A DNA stretch of 64,000 nt from Octopus bimaculoides (Eukaryota). Position numbers and translations under genes: made by a program. The notes under the pieces were generated by a model that did no database searches, had not been told where the DNA came from, and was given only the letters and a program-made list of their open reading frames with translations. The DNA lies in contig NC_068983.1 in NCBI RefSeq assembly GCF_001194135.2, positions 131,555,714-131,619,713 on the forward strand, read 5' to 3'. Shown here one piece after another: positions 25,528 to 38,144 of the stretch (within the stretch, counting starts at the first letter, position 1; the number at the start of each line of letters is the position of its first letter).

Positions 25528-26759
25528 AACTACTCATAGATTGAGTTGCACTCGGTCATCTTATAAATGATCAAATAGTTGCACTTTATTATAAAGTTGG
25601 AAGCTGATTGAGCTGCGTTCAGTTGTGAACTACAAGATAAAAACAGCTACACTTGGTTATGGAGCAGAGACAGGCGGAGTTGTACTTTGTTGTGGCGTGG
25701 GTGACAGATAGTGTTGCATTCGGCTAGGAAGAGGGGGACAGATGAAACTGCACTTAGTTATGGACTAGAAGAGAAAGCAGAATGCACTCGGTTAATAAGT
25801 GGATGAAAGACAGAGTAATACTTGAATTGTTATACTTAATTCATCAACTCAGAATGGCGAAAGGCTGAGTCTGTTCTGTCGAGATCCGAACTCTTCACCT
25901 AAATAAATACCAGTCAACATTTTGTTCGGCACTCAACCATTTCTACTATCCCACACCTTTCAAAATAATTTACTATTAGAATCACCCCCCCCCTCCACTA
26001 AATCACCAAATAGACTACACTGAATGTGATATAATGTATTATTGATTTTCACTCAACCAACTGCAATAATCCTAACCTAGCTTAATGTTACATGTTAAAA
26101 GAGGCAAATTAAAATAATACTGGTTTGAAATATATTTCATCCCCTCCTGAGTCGTATTCGAACTCTGAAGTCAAAAGCAGCAGGACTAAATAGAGAAAGT
26201 CCGAGCGCTTTCCCGATTTTCTACAACCCTTGAAGCTTTAAGATGTGGGAAATAATAATTACCATCATTAGCAAAATCGTTGCTATAAATATAACTGCTG
26301 TTAGAAAAGATGATAAAATCCCTAGAAAGAGACAAAATAATTAACGTACTCAAGGGCATGCCAGCTTCCATTGACAGAGTGACAAAGGAATTTCTATAAG
26401 ATATTGCTGTTAAAGACAAGATTAAATTAAAATGTAAAAAAATGTATATTCTCCTGTTAGCCTAAACAGTCTCTACGTATCTGAATATAACGTTATGAAA
26501 ATAAATGTATCTAAAATCTTGTGATTGAAAAGAGAAGCAACCCCTGAAAAAAAAAAAAAAAAGAACGCACCGGAAATGATAAACATGCAGCTGAAGAACC
26601 AAAANNNNNNNNNNGCTGAAGAACCAAAAAATGCAAAGATGTACAGGTGTATAAACTATAAAGGAAATATCAGAGATTATTGTCTGAAAGATAAACGAGG
26701 AAGCTTCTGCATGATAACGTGATCTGGTAGAAATAGCGACAAAATCTCGTTTTAATCAC

Positions 26760-27100
26760 ATTGGCATTTCGTCGCTCTGGCCTTTCTTCAGTTACGACGA
26801 CGAGGGTTCCAGTTGATTTGATGAACGGAACAGCCTGCTTATGAAATTAACGTGTAAGTGGCTGAGTACTTATAGACACGTAGATCCTGAACGTATTTCT
26901 CAAGGAGATTCAGTGTGACACAGAGTGTGACAAGGCTGGTCCTTCCAAATACAGGTACTACTCATTTTTACTAGCTGAGTGGACTGGAGTAACATGAGAT
27001 AAAGTGTCTTGCTCAAGGACACAACGCGTTGCCGGGAATTGAACTCACGACTTCACGATCGTGAACTGAATACCCTATCCTCGAAGCCATGCGCCTCCAC
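26760..27100 (-). mobile_element. tRNA/CORE-type SINE with a family-A 3' tail
   Basis: Head ggaggcgcatggct...gtgagttcaattcccggc, CORE-like tgtgtccttgagcaagacacttt, then the tail shared with 6432-6600 (acgttaatttcat..agcaggctgttccgtt..atcaactggaaccctcg). Confidence 0.8.
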
Positions 27101-27563
27101 ATTGTAGCTCTACATATAACAAAATCAGCAATAGCCATGGATGGAAGGTTAGAATGCATTTGATCATAGTTCTGTTCGAACAGAAGATTCGGCCTGGTGG
27201 CTAAGTAGTACCAACAATCCATTTTGTTGTTTTGGATCCGCCACTGGCTGAAAATTCTGATGGCTTTCTTGTTGCCGGTTTTAGGTCTTCCTGTCCCAAA
27301 AGTGCAAAATGCGAGTTGGACAATGCGCTCCTGCGGACGGGTGTTAGATATGATGGACTCGGTAATCTCAGCAGAAATTGATCCATCTCAAAAAGTCCTT
27401 AACTGTTAAAGCACGAATTACATTGAATACTAACAATTTACTTAATACACATGTTTTAAATGCAGATGGAGGTGCATTTCGTTAAAGAAAAGAATCATGC
27501 AGAAGATAATGAATTAAAAACCTAACGGCAAAGAAAACAACAGTAATAATGATTTCAAGTTTT

Positions 27564-28468
27564 GGCACAAGGCCAGAAAGCTCGGGGGAGGGGTAAATCG
27601 ATTATAATGACCCCAGTACTCAACTAGTACTTATCTTTACTGACTCCGAAAGAATGAAAGTCAACCTTGGCGGAATTTAAACTCAGAGCATCTAGACGGA
27701 CAAAATGTCGCTAAGCATTTTGTCTGGCGTGCTAGCGATTCTGCCAGCTCGCCACCTTAGCAACAGTAACTGAAATTTAAAGGAAAGAGTTTAAACAATT
27801 AAATCGATCCCAGAACTTGACTAGCTGTTATATTTTATTGACACAGAAAAAAGAAAAATAATGCTTGACTTCAGTTGGATTTGAACTCAGTTAAACAACT
27901 AAGTAACGCAAAGCATCTTGACCGCTGCGCTATATAGTTGTTTTTAACATAGTTTCAAGATCAAAATTTACTGGGAAGGAATTTGTCGATTAAAGTAATT
28001 CTCATACTTCACCAAATAGCTTTATTTTATCGACATAGAAGTCGACACCAGTGCTCAACTGGTACTTATTTCATTGACCCCGAAGGAATGAATGGCAAAG
28101 TCAACCTCAGCGGAATTTGAAACCAGATTGTAAAGCCAGAAGAAATGCCGTGAAGCATTTTGTCCGGCGAGTTAATGACTCTGCCAGCTTAGCATCTTAG
28201 TAGTAGTAGTAGCAGTAGTAGTAGTAGTAGTAGCAGCAGCAGCAGCAGCAGTATTAGTTTCTACATTAGTCACAAGACCTGAAATGTTGGAAGAGGAGTT
28301 GGTCGATTACATCGACCCCAGTACTTCATTGATATTTATTTCATTGAGCTCGAAAGGACGAAAAGCACAGTCGAACTCGGCAGTATTTGAAGTCAGAACG
28401 TAAAGAGGTACGAAAGTCCGCTAAACTTTTTGTTTGATGTTCTAACGGCTTTGCCACGTCACCGCCTT
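27564..28468 (-). mobile_element. Head-to-tail cluster of about 4 family-C SINEs with (TAG)n/(CAG)n spacers
   Basis: The blocks ggcacaaggcc...tcgacccc...ggcggaatttgaactcag...ctgccagctcgcc.cctt repeat at about 27564-27758, 27790-27930, 27960-28200 and 28268-28468. (AAT)n(AAG)n follows. Confidence 0.75.
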
Positions 28469-28490
28469 AATGAAGATAATAATAATAATG

Positions 28491-28521
<31 letters not shown>

Positions 28522-29356
28522 GAAGAAGAAGAAGAAGAAGAGAATTTCTGACAAAGGCCTAAGTCCGTATGTGTTAAACAAATAGGTTATGTTAAATAGT
28601 TAACCCGAAAGGATAGAAGAGCAAGTCGATGATAACAGGATTTGAACCAAGAGCATAAAGAGACGAAACAAAATACAACGAATCATTACTTTTCAAATAA
28701 AGTTGTTGTTTAGCCCTAGGCAATTCCTGATTGAGTAGAACTAAGATTGAAGGCTTTAGAGCTGAGTCCAACTTGTTTGCCCTCTAACGAACCTAATAAT
28801 AAACGGTTATGTTGTATATTTGACCAGTATTTTTAATAAATGGCATCGTATTGTCTTTGAGAGGACAGCTTTCAAAATAATTTTCATACTGTTGTGACTT
28901 AAATTTTCGGAAGGCAAGATTCAATATATATATATATATATATATAAACATATATATGTATACATACATACATGCGCACGTACATACATATATACATACA
29001 TGTAATTACACACACGCACAAACACACACACACACACACACACACTTAAACTAAAATCCTCTTAGATATTTGAAACTGTCTTAGATCATGTTGTTTTTAT
29101 TAAATATTCCGCTCCACTGGACCAGACAACATATTTTACAAAACAGAAAATTCTATGTTAACATTTTTGTTCTCTTTTTATATTTCTAAACATCTTAAAC
29201 CTTTCATAGTTACAGCAATACTGTCTTTTCTTGTTTTCTTCTCAATATTTTGATCTTTATTCCTATTATCTGAAATCGATATTGTGTTTGCTTTACTTGT
29301 ATATTTTATTACGTTATACGTTCAAATCGTAATTTTCTCATTATCTTATATTTCAG

Positions 29357-29464
29357 GGAAATTTACCACAGAAATTAATTGATCAACTGTCCCCAAGAGT
29401 GATGCTAAGCTACCTGCAGCCACTCCGAAAACACATCAATGACCTTTCTAAGAGGAAAAGTTAG
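29357..29464 (+). CDS. Terminal coding exon of the same StAR/STARD3-like gene
   Basis: Acceptor ttatatttcag|GGA, phase 0. Reads GNLPQKLIDQLSPRVMLSYLQPLRKHINDLSKRKS* (TAG at 29462-29464). It resembles the START C-terminal helix (G-x-LP...LRK) and starts at the conserved DLK|G intron position of StAR/STARD3. Confidence 0.8.
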   Translation, partial: GNLPQKLIDQLSPRVMLSYLQPLRKHINDLSKRKS

Positions 29465-31984
29465 TTTCATGATCAGCGATTAAAACTGACATAAACTTTA
29501 AAATATTCTTCAAAAATTTCCACAACAAAAAAATAAGAAAAAATGATTAAATTTCCAAATATCGATTCGATATACTCTCATGAGAATTCTGGAAGACGAA
29601 ATTTCAAAGTTCAAGTGAGTGTAGTATAAAAAATAACTAGTATTATTTAGGTTAAATTGCCAAGATTTTCCCGACATTACTCACTGAAAGATAAGAATCC
29701 ACCCAAGAAAAATCAGATAATAGTCCCCTGAGAGTTCAATAAACAGCTAGTGTTCACCATCGAACTGCGGACTGAATAACGACGCCATGGTTTGTTTTCA
29801 TTCACTTACACTATATCCATATAAACTTGTACATTCACCAAGTAGCTGGGTGTAATTTGAGGGATATCTGACAGCAATGACTTGCAGAATAATAAACTAC
29901 AAAGAGTTTCCCTTATTGTTTCGAATGCTCAAAATAAAAGGACATACTAGAGGAGGTAAGTCTGGATATACCATGTCTGAAAAGTAAATATGATACTCAG
30001 GAGTGGAACGATTTATCACCAAAAGTTTTCTGGATTGACTTGGGGTTAAACAATAAAAATATACAGGGGAAAAAAACATAAAACAAAAAGAAGTGTGAGA
30101 TTCTCTATTAGAGTGTTGTATCTCCTTTATTTTCGCACTACTTTTATCTTAAAATACTATTTGAATTATTACACAAAATTTAATAAAGCAGTGGCCTCAC
30201 TCAATCTTGCTTATCTCGGAATCCATAAATATAAAGGAACTTGCTCCTTAAAATAAACTCAACATATTCATTACTAATTATGAACGGCTCGATAAATGTT
30301 TGATTAAAGAGAGAACAACAGGAAGTGAGAGCAAGACTTTTGAGTTATTTCAGACTAAAATGCTGTTTATTGTTATATTCTACCGAATGTCAAACCAACG
30401 TGGGAGATTCAACTTGGTTGCTCACCCTGCAAAAACAACGGTTAAGTTTCTCTCAAATTACATCCTGCTGTCCTAAAAAAGGAAGAATAAACTGGATGAA
30501 GTTGTTTGAGATAAACTATAACAACCCACTGTTGTTATGGCCGAGAAACTTTGATAATAGGTTTTCTCGTTGTGTCGATCTGGAACTAAACACCAACAAC
30601 TACAGGAAGCATCTCGAATGTATTGAATGTAATTTCTTAAAGATTTCAGAATATCTTCACGGAAATATATTCCAAAAGTTTCATGTCCCTTGTCTCGAGG
30701 TAAAAGGTAATTCGAACTCAGTAGAGCAATTCTTTTGTCGAATCCCATAATTCCTTCAACATCTTTATACATCAATATTCACTAACATTTTAAAGGTAGC
30801 GATACACTTTTGTTTCAACAAAAAGTGAGCCAATACCTTGTGAGACAGTACTTTGTGGATATAATAGCATTGCATGAGCGAGCAACTGCTGATCTTCCAT
30901 AAAAGATTGTACAGATCAATGTCTTGGAATGGAACATAGCAAAAGCATATCCAAAGTTTCATGAGGAAATCAAAGACTCATACAAACATCATATGATTAG
31001 TTGACATTAAATAGTACGTATTTGGCTTACGAGTGACAGTAAGTACATGCATTCCTGTTCTCAGGTAGTAAATGTAAGCAGTTTGTCGGTTTCATACCAC
31101 CACCTCGCTATTAAGGACCTTTAGCGGAATCACTCTTTTGAAAGTACTCAGGCCTGGTTTAGATGTCTCGTTTGAAGGTAACTTTCTCCTTTTTTCTCAT
31201 GAATTTCTTGTGCCCAGAGAAAGATAATAGATGCAGCCCTTTCCTCATTGATTACTTCATGAATACCTGACCAAAAACAAATTCAATGCATGATTATTTT
31301 CTTTTTAATAAAAAGAAGATAACCAGAAATAACTATACGGAGAGATAGAGAAACAGCATCTCTCATTGACTAAGTATTTTATTTCAGTGAGAAGAAGAGG
31401 CCATTCTGGATATATCTCGGAAATATTATGACTTCAGCAGCGTGGTATAGACTAACCCACGCTTAATAAAGTAGTGAAAAATAGTGATGAAACAATCACC
31501 AAGAGCATGCACGCTTCATTTAAGTATCCAACAATGACACTTGTTCCTAACTAGTTGTTCATATTAACTGTCATTTCGCTTATAATGCAGTATTAGTGGC
31601 CTCTTTAGGTGGTATCTCATGTCAATAAAGAAAATATAATTGAACAAAATATAAAATAAAAAAATAATTAATTGAGCGTTTATTTGAGACTGTTGTCATT
31701 TCTTTCTCTCAAAATCATTTCTATTTCAGTGGAAATAAAAATATCTTCATCTTGTTTTTTGTTTTTTTTTTTAAATCTTCAGTCTCCAATAACAATTACG
31801 TTAATTTCGGCAATAATAACAGATATTTATTTTTCTAGAATACGGTGCAAGAGGACCCAAAGAAACGTTCTTTCCCTCAACCTGACAGTGCTAAACATCA
31901 AATCAAATCTAATGAAATGTAAATGACGTATGACACAAGTAATTACAGACATGTAAAGAATATTATGAAGTGAAATCAATATTA

Positions 31985-32160
31985 CATCGTTACAACAATG
32001 ATAATAGATGCAATAACAATAGCAACAACAACAACAACAGCAGCAGCAGTAGCAATGGCAACAACAAAAAATAACGACAACAAAAGTGACAACAGTAACA
32101 ACAGCAACAACAATAACAAAAAGCAGTAGTGATAAAATATAGTAGCGTCAACAACAACAT

Positions 32161-32200
<40 letters not shown>

Positions 32201-32625
32201 GGTGTTTGTGGTGGTGGTGATGGTAGTAGTAGTAGTGGTGGTGATGGTGGTGGTGGTGGTAGTAGTAGTGGTGGTGGTGGTGGTGGTTGTGGTGGTGGTG
32301 ATGGCAGTAATAGTAGTGGTGGTGGTGGTGGTGGTGGTGGTAGTAGTAGTAACAACAACAGCAGTAACATTAACGACAATAGCAACAACGCAACATCGAC
32401 ACGAGCAACTACAGCACCACAAATTAAAAAAAACAAAAAACAAAACAAAAACAACTGTAACAATAACGTTGAAAGCAGTGATAACAAAAAAAAAAACAAT
32501 ATTAACAACAACAACAACAGCAACGACAAAAATAATAACGATAATTGTTAGAACAACCACACCACTAACAAGAGCAGTAATACCACCACCACCACCTCCA
32601 CCACTTACAACAACAACAACAGATG
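31985..32625. repeat. Compound trinucleotide low-complexity tract (AAC/AGC)-(TAG/TGG)-(AAC)-(ACC)
   Basis: Directly visible. It produces the poly-V/T/G/L/P ORFs. Confidence 0.95.
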
Positions 32626-33059
32626 CTTAACGCTATTGGTTAGTTTGTACAAGGTATATTCAATTCAGAAACGTCGCATTGATCTGATCTAATACAAAAA
32701 AAAGTAAATAAAACTTATTGATTTGATATAATGTAAAAGAACAAAAACATTTTCGAATCAGCGTTGTTGTTTAGCCCTAGGTCAGTCCTGTGTGAACAAA
32801 AATATCAAAGACGTTCCTATTACGAACATTCAATGTTTTTTTCAGACATTTCATCTAGAACAAAATTATGCAGTGTTCTTCCGCTTTTTTGAAGTCAGCA
32901 GGAAGCGATTTCATAGAATTTTGCAGATAAAGGCTTTCGAGTTGGCTAGGGCTCTCCATGATGCATGGCCATATCTTGCCAAAATAATCTACCTGTTTTA
33001 TGTTCAAAACCATCCAGATCCGGCCTCTCACACCTACCCTTCAATGCACAATGACATCA

Positions 33060-33158
33060 GTAAATCTTGAAGGTGGAAGACACTCTGTAATTAATTCAGA
33101 ACAATGTGAATAAATGAGCATTACATTTAACAGAGTAACCTGAATGCTAAAGGGTTAA
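33060..33158 (-). mobile_element. piggyBac-like MITE terminus
   Basis: The minus strand starts TTAA|CCCTTTAGCATTCAGG, i.e. a TTAA target plus a CCC terminus. The partner end was not located. Confidence 0.45.
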
Positions 33159-33279
33159 TGAATAGAAAACTCCACTTCCTACCTGGATATACAGTCTACT
33201 CCCAGAAAGAATTAATTTCATCACTGTAAGCCACTGAATACTTATCAAACCAACGTTGTTACCACTGCATAGAACCAGT

Positions 33280-33400
33280 GTTGGTGAAGCAGAACCAACA
33301 GAAATGCTACATCATACGACAGAACAGGATTGCAAGGGCACAAACAAAATGCGAACTGCGCAAGTCTAGGCAATAATGTAATTGTGTGTGATGGTCAGTA
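33280..33400 (+). mobile_element. RTE LINE 3' fragment
   Basis: ggtgaagcagaaccaacagaaatgctacatcatacgacagaacaggattgca closely matches 36478-36531 at the end of the RTE copy. Confidence 0.6.
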
Positions 33401-33723
33401 TGCAGTGCCGTTAGTAAGATCTGAGCCATTGAATTCCCCCAAGCTGATTGTTCGCTACCCAAAGTAATCTGTCAATCAACTGCCTCAGACATAACACACC
33501 CTAATATATTTTTGACATTTCTGTTATTGATCACCAGAGTCACGGTTTATAACAAGAAATAACGCATAGAATTGAATTTTATCGAAGCTTTGAGCTTAAT
33601 TTTCAGGCCTGTTATCTATTCAATCCGTCACTATAACCAAACTACTAAGTCACCTGGACGTAAACAAACCAATAACAGTTATCAAACGGTGAAGGAACTA
33701 ACACAAAGGCGCGCATGCATACG

Positions 33724-33766
<43 letters not shown>

Positions 33767-34029
33767 NNNNNNNNNNACACACACACACACACACTCACAA
33801 TCACACTCACACATACGATGGGCTTCCACACAGTTTTCGTCTACCAAATTCGTTCAGAAGTAATCGGCCAGCCAGGGTTTGTAGTAGAAGTTTGCTGCCC
33901 AAGCAAGCGTATCAGAAAATTAGAATACTATGCAAAAATTACACAAATCAGATGTGTTCTGTTTTTATTTATTTGTTTCCTCATAGGTTTTAATGATGTA
34001 GATTGCAAATATATTGATCTCAATGTTTT

Positions 34030-34432
34030 GGCACAAGGCCAGCAATTCCTGGGGTGAGAGTAAGTCGATTACTTCGACTGGTAGTTATTTTATAGAGCGC
34101 CAAAGGATGAAAGGCGAAGTCTACCTCGGCAAAATTTGAATTCGGAACGTAAAGGCAGACGAAATTCCGCTAAGTGTTTTACCTAGTGTGCTAGCAATTC
34201 TGCCAGCTAGCCACCTTTAGATTGCAATTATATTGGTTTCAAGTTTTAGTACAAAGCCAGCAATTACGGGGAAGAGCTAAGTCACTTATATTGACCCTAG
34301 TACTCAACTGGTACTTATTTTATTGACTCCGAAAGGATGAAAGGCAAATTCTACATTGAAGGAATTTGAATTCGGAACGTGTAGACGGACGAAATGCACG
34401 AAGCATTTAACCCGTCGTGCTAACGTTCCTGC
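34030..34432 (-). mobile_element. Two tandem family-C SINEs
   Basis: Copies at about 34030-34216 and 34249-34432. Confidence 0.75.
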
Positions 34433-34773
34433 ATTTTATTTTAATGAAGAATGTTGATAAAAAATGGTAAGATTGGATGGAATGTTAATGACGCGAATAT
34501 GTCGAAGTGTAGAGGGAAGTGACCTATGATTACAGCTAAGGTGGTCTCATAAGCAGCCTTTAACACCAGCATGTTGTTGAAGCTTATCCAACCAGCATCA
34601 CACTGATGTGCAGGTGTAGCCGGCTGTGTGGTAAGAAGATTGCTTCCCAATCACACGGCTCCGAGTTTAACCCCACTGCGTAGTACCTTCGGCAAGTGTT
34701 TTGAGCTATAACCTCGGGTCCACCAAAGCTTTGAAAGTGGATTTTGCAGACAGAAACAGGAAAAAAACTCGTC

Positions 34774-34811
<38 letters not shown>

Positions 34812-35552
34812 ATAATGGAAAATGGAGACAAAAGCTCAAGATGTTCTTTAAATCATTTGTATCACCATATCACCGTATCACCGACATATGTTTCGATAGA
34901 TGCATTAAAATATATCCGAGAGGAAGAATAATGTGGAAAAATGCATAAATCTCATCAGAGTGGATGTAAACAACAGTGCTCATTTTCCAATATTCTTATG
35001 GTTTCCAAAACACGTCCAACTTCTCCCTGGAATTAACTCCCATGCAAGTGTGATTACTAATTCCTAGGACGCTTATATGGCTACCTTGTAACTGTTCTTC
35101 TGGAGTTAACTTCTTTTTTTTGCCATAGAGAGATATTCATCAGTACAGCACTTTACTATAAATGTTATAACGAAAAGAATCTTATGCTGAACCCCATATA
35201 AATCATAATCCAGTTGCTATTGTCAACTTAGTTAAGAACACTGTTTATATACGTGCAATGAAGACTCATAACTACCCTTTAAATTTAGTAACAATTTAGG
35301 TCGAAATAATTCTAATTAAATAGCTATACGAAGGATTAAAAAGGGAAATCAATAGCATACAACTTCAATACAAAATATTATGAAGACCTTACACAGAAAA
35401 CCACTAATCTTCAACTCTTGTATTAACGAAATAATAGAGTTTCTTCTCGACATCGGCAACCGCCTTCACAAGATCACGGAGGAAACACTTTGGTTTCGTC
35501 GACGTTATAAAATATTTAAATACTTCAAAGTTTCTTATATTACTCGATAGCC

Positions 35553-36540
35553 CTGGCGGTGACCACAAGAGAAGTCGGTAAACAAGCAGCTAAACATCAG
35601 CAAAATGGAATAGCACATTGTGAAACAAAACCTCAGCGAAGACCTAGGTAGCAAGCTGAACAAACTAGACATTGGTAGAAAGGGAACAGAAGAGGACTGG
35701 GTGATGTTCAGGGACATGGTATACAGCACTAAACTCACTTGTCTACGCACTCAACGTATCCACGAGCGCCCAGATATAGCATAGCATGAACTACTTTTCC
35801 ACCGCCTGCAGCAAATTTGGTCTTCCAATCAACACTCAGAAGAAAGAGGTCATACACCAACCTGCCCCACAGGAACCGTATTTGGAACCAACTACCATTG
35901 TTGAAGAGGAAAGCCTGAACGTTGTTGATAAATCCACGTTCTTCGGCTTCACACTTTCGAGATCTGTGTACATTGAGGCTGAAGTCAACACACGCATCAC
36001 CAAGTCAAGGGAAGCTTAGCATTCGGGTGGCTACGTAGGAGAGGAGAGGCATTAGGATGGCCTCCAAGTTGAAGATGTACCAAGAAGCTGTACTGCCTAC
36101 GCTACTGTACACCTGCTTGACTTGGAGGGTATACGAACTTCACGTCAATAAAGCTAAACTGTTTCCACATGAACTGCCAGAGAAAGTTGGTAAAAATCAC
36201 CTGGTAATATAAGGTCCCAGACACAGAGGTTCTCTCTCAAGCTGATCTGCCAAGCATTTACACACTGCTGAGAAGTGCAGAAGTCAGGTGGGCCGGCCAC
36301 GTTGGTCGAATGTCTAACACGTGACTCCCCAAGAGGCTGCTTTGCAGCAAACTGGCGGCAGGCAAACACATGCAAGGTAGACAAGAAAAACATATCAAGG
36401 ATACACGCAAAGCCTCTTTAAATAGCTTTGAAATCAATCCTGACACCTGGGAAGCGCAAGCAGAAGACCACCCTACCAGGTGAAGCAGCATCAGCAGAAA
36501 TGCTACATTATACGACAGAACAGGATTGCAGGGGCTCACT
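35553..36540 (+). mobile_element. Decayed RTE (BovB-like) LINE with a large internal deletion
   Basis: An EN-RT linker (KLNISKME..EEDWVMFRDMVY) is joined directly to the RT C-terminus: FSTACSKFGLPINTQKKEVIHQPAP.EPY.EP...TLSRSV.IEAEVNTRITKS, then LLRSAEVRWAGHVGRM..LPKRLL. Confidence 0.88.
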
Positions 36541-36907
36541 TTTGCATTACAGGTTCAACCCATTTGACAGGCTTCTATACCGACCTAATTTCATTCACGA
36601 AGTATGGGGAGACATGGATATTATTGAAAATGTGTGGTCCATGATGCCAAACAATTAGGTCGATCGCGTGACCTCGTGATACGAAATGAACTTCTTAACA
36701 ATTCAATTAACGATATTGGCTTTTGGAGAAGAAAAGATAAAAGTGAACGTGGCATACCCTTATAAACACACACACCATTTATGCCTTTTGTGTCATTCAG
36801 CGAAGTTGTGTTTTCCCGATTTGCATAAAATCCGATCTTATATTATTGGTGCTACTGCTTTACATAGGAAATTGCAGTGAAAGGAATCTCAGAAAGTGTT
36901 GTTAGCA

Positions 36908-36968
<61 letters not shown>

Positions 36969-37155
36969 GCGTACATATGTGTGTTGCCTGTGTGTACGCG
37001 TTTTTGTATTTGCATATATATGAGTACATTCATACATTACTACGTACATACTCGTACATTCAAGCAAGCATGCATTCATACATAATTTCATACATGCATA
37101 GATACACATTCACACACATACAGCTCCACTCCCCCACACACGCACATATACACCG

Positions 37156-37196
<41 letters not shown>

Positions 37197-38018
37197 CAGA
37201 TATATAAAGACAAATATACCTACATGCATACATACATACATAAATTCAGAGATTATACACACACACACGCACACACATGTATGTATATATGCATGATTGT
37301 ATACATGCCTGCTTGTATGTACGTGTGTGAGAGTGTTTATAGCACACGTTCGCTTTCATCTTTTCTTGCCGAAAATCCATTGTTGTTAAAAAGGAATCGA
37401 TTTCCTGGTGTGTATTATAATGCTTAGCTTGTTCATTATTATAGTGGAGAATTATGTGGACTGGATGGCTTTGTCGAAGAGGCTGCTCTGTGTAAATGAA
37501 TCTCAATCATTTTTACATATATAGGTGAATTTTCATCAACCCTTATATTCAGTATTGTTAAAATCGAGCCATTCGATCCATTTAATGCCAGAGAAACCGC
37601 TGTTAAGCACCAGGCAAATGGATTCTTGAGATTCATGGCATTATTAACTTCAGATAATGTAGCCTACTCTGTAGTGGGGATGTAAGCTACCGACAAGCCT
37701 AATCCAATAAGTGCTCTCACAAGCAATGAATTTCAAATAGCCACGAGGTATTTAAATCCATATATATATGTGTGTGTGTGTGCTATTTTGTTTGTGTATG
37801 TGTGTGAAAGAGAGTGTGTGTCTATGTTATAGACATCTACTTATATACCTACATATACTTATATACATTCCCCCTCACATATATATATATATATTCACAA
37901 ATATGCTCAGATATACATGCATACACATATATACATACATGTAAATCTATCTACCAATCTATCCGTCTATCTATCTGTCTGTCTATACCTCTTTCTATCT
38001 GTCCATGTTTGTATAAAG

Positions 38019-38104
<86 letters not shown>

Positions 38105-38107
38105 TAC

Positions 38108-38144
<37 letters not shown>

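Noticed and set aside
20335-25537. Many long ORF-track entries (IYIY, THTH, CVCV, poly-X)
   Set aside because: They are translations of dinucleotide microsatellites and N-gaps. The same applies to similar ORFs at 32-34, 37-38, 44, 53-54, 58-61 kb.
26590-26630. Direct repeat gctgaagaaccaaaa on both sides of a 10-N gap
   Set aside because: Typical unmerged contig overlap.
27245-27361. Peptide AENSDGFLV..., resembling the start of the missing START exon
   Set aside because: There is no AG acceptor in front of it, and it lacks the W...DLK end and a matching phase-0 donor.
30325-30962. Overlapping 65-141 aa ORFs downstream of the START stop
   Set aside because: No recognisable domain, no consistent splice structure, and ORFs of similar length on both strands.
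37439-37636. NIRVDENSPI, resembling a cadherin repeat start
   Set aside because: The other cadherin motifs (DxD, LDRE, DxNDN) are absent and the frame closes quickly.
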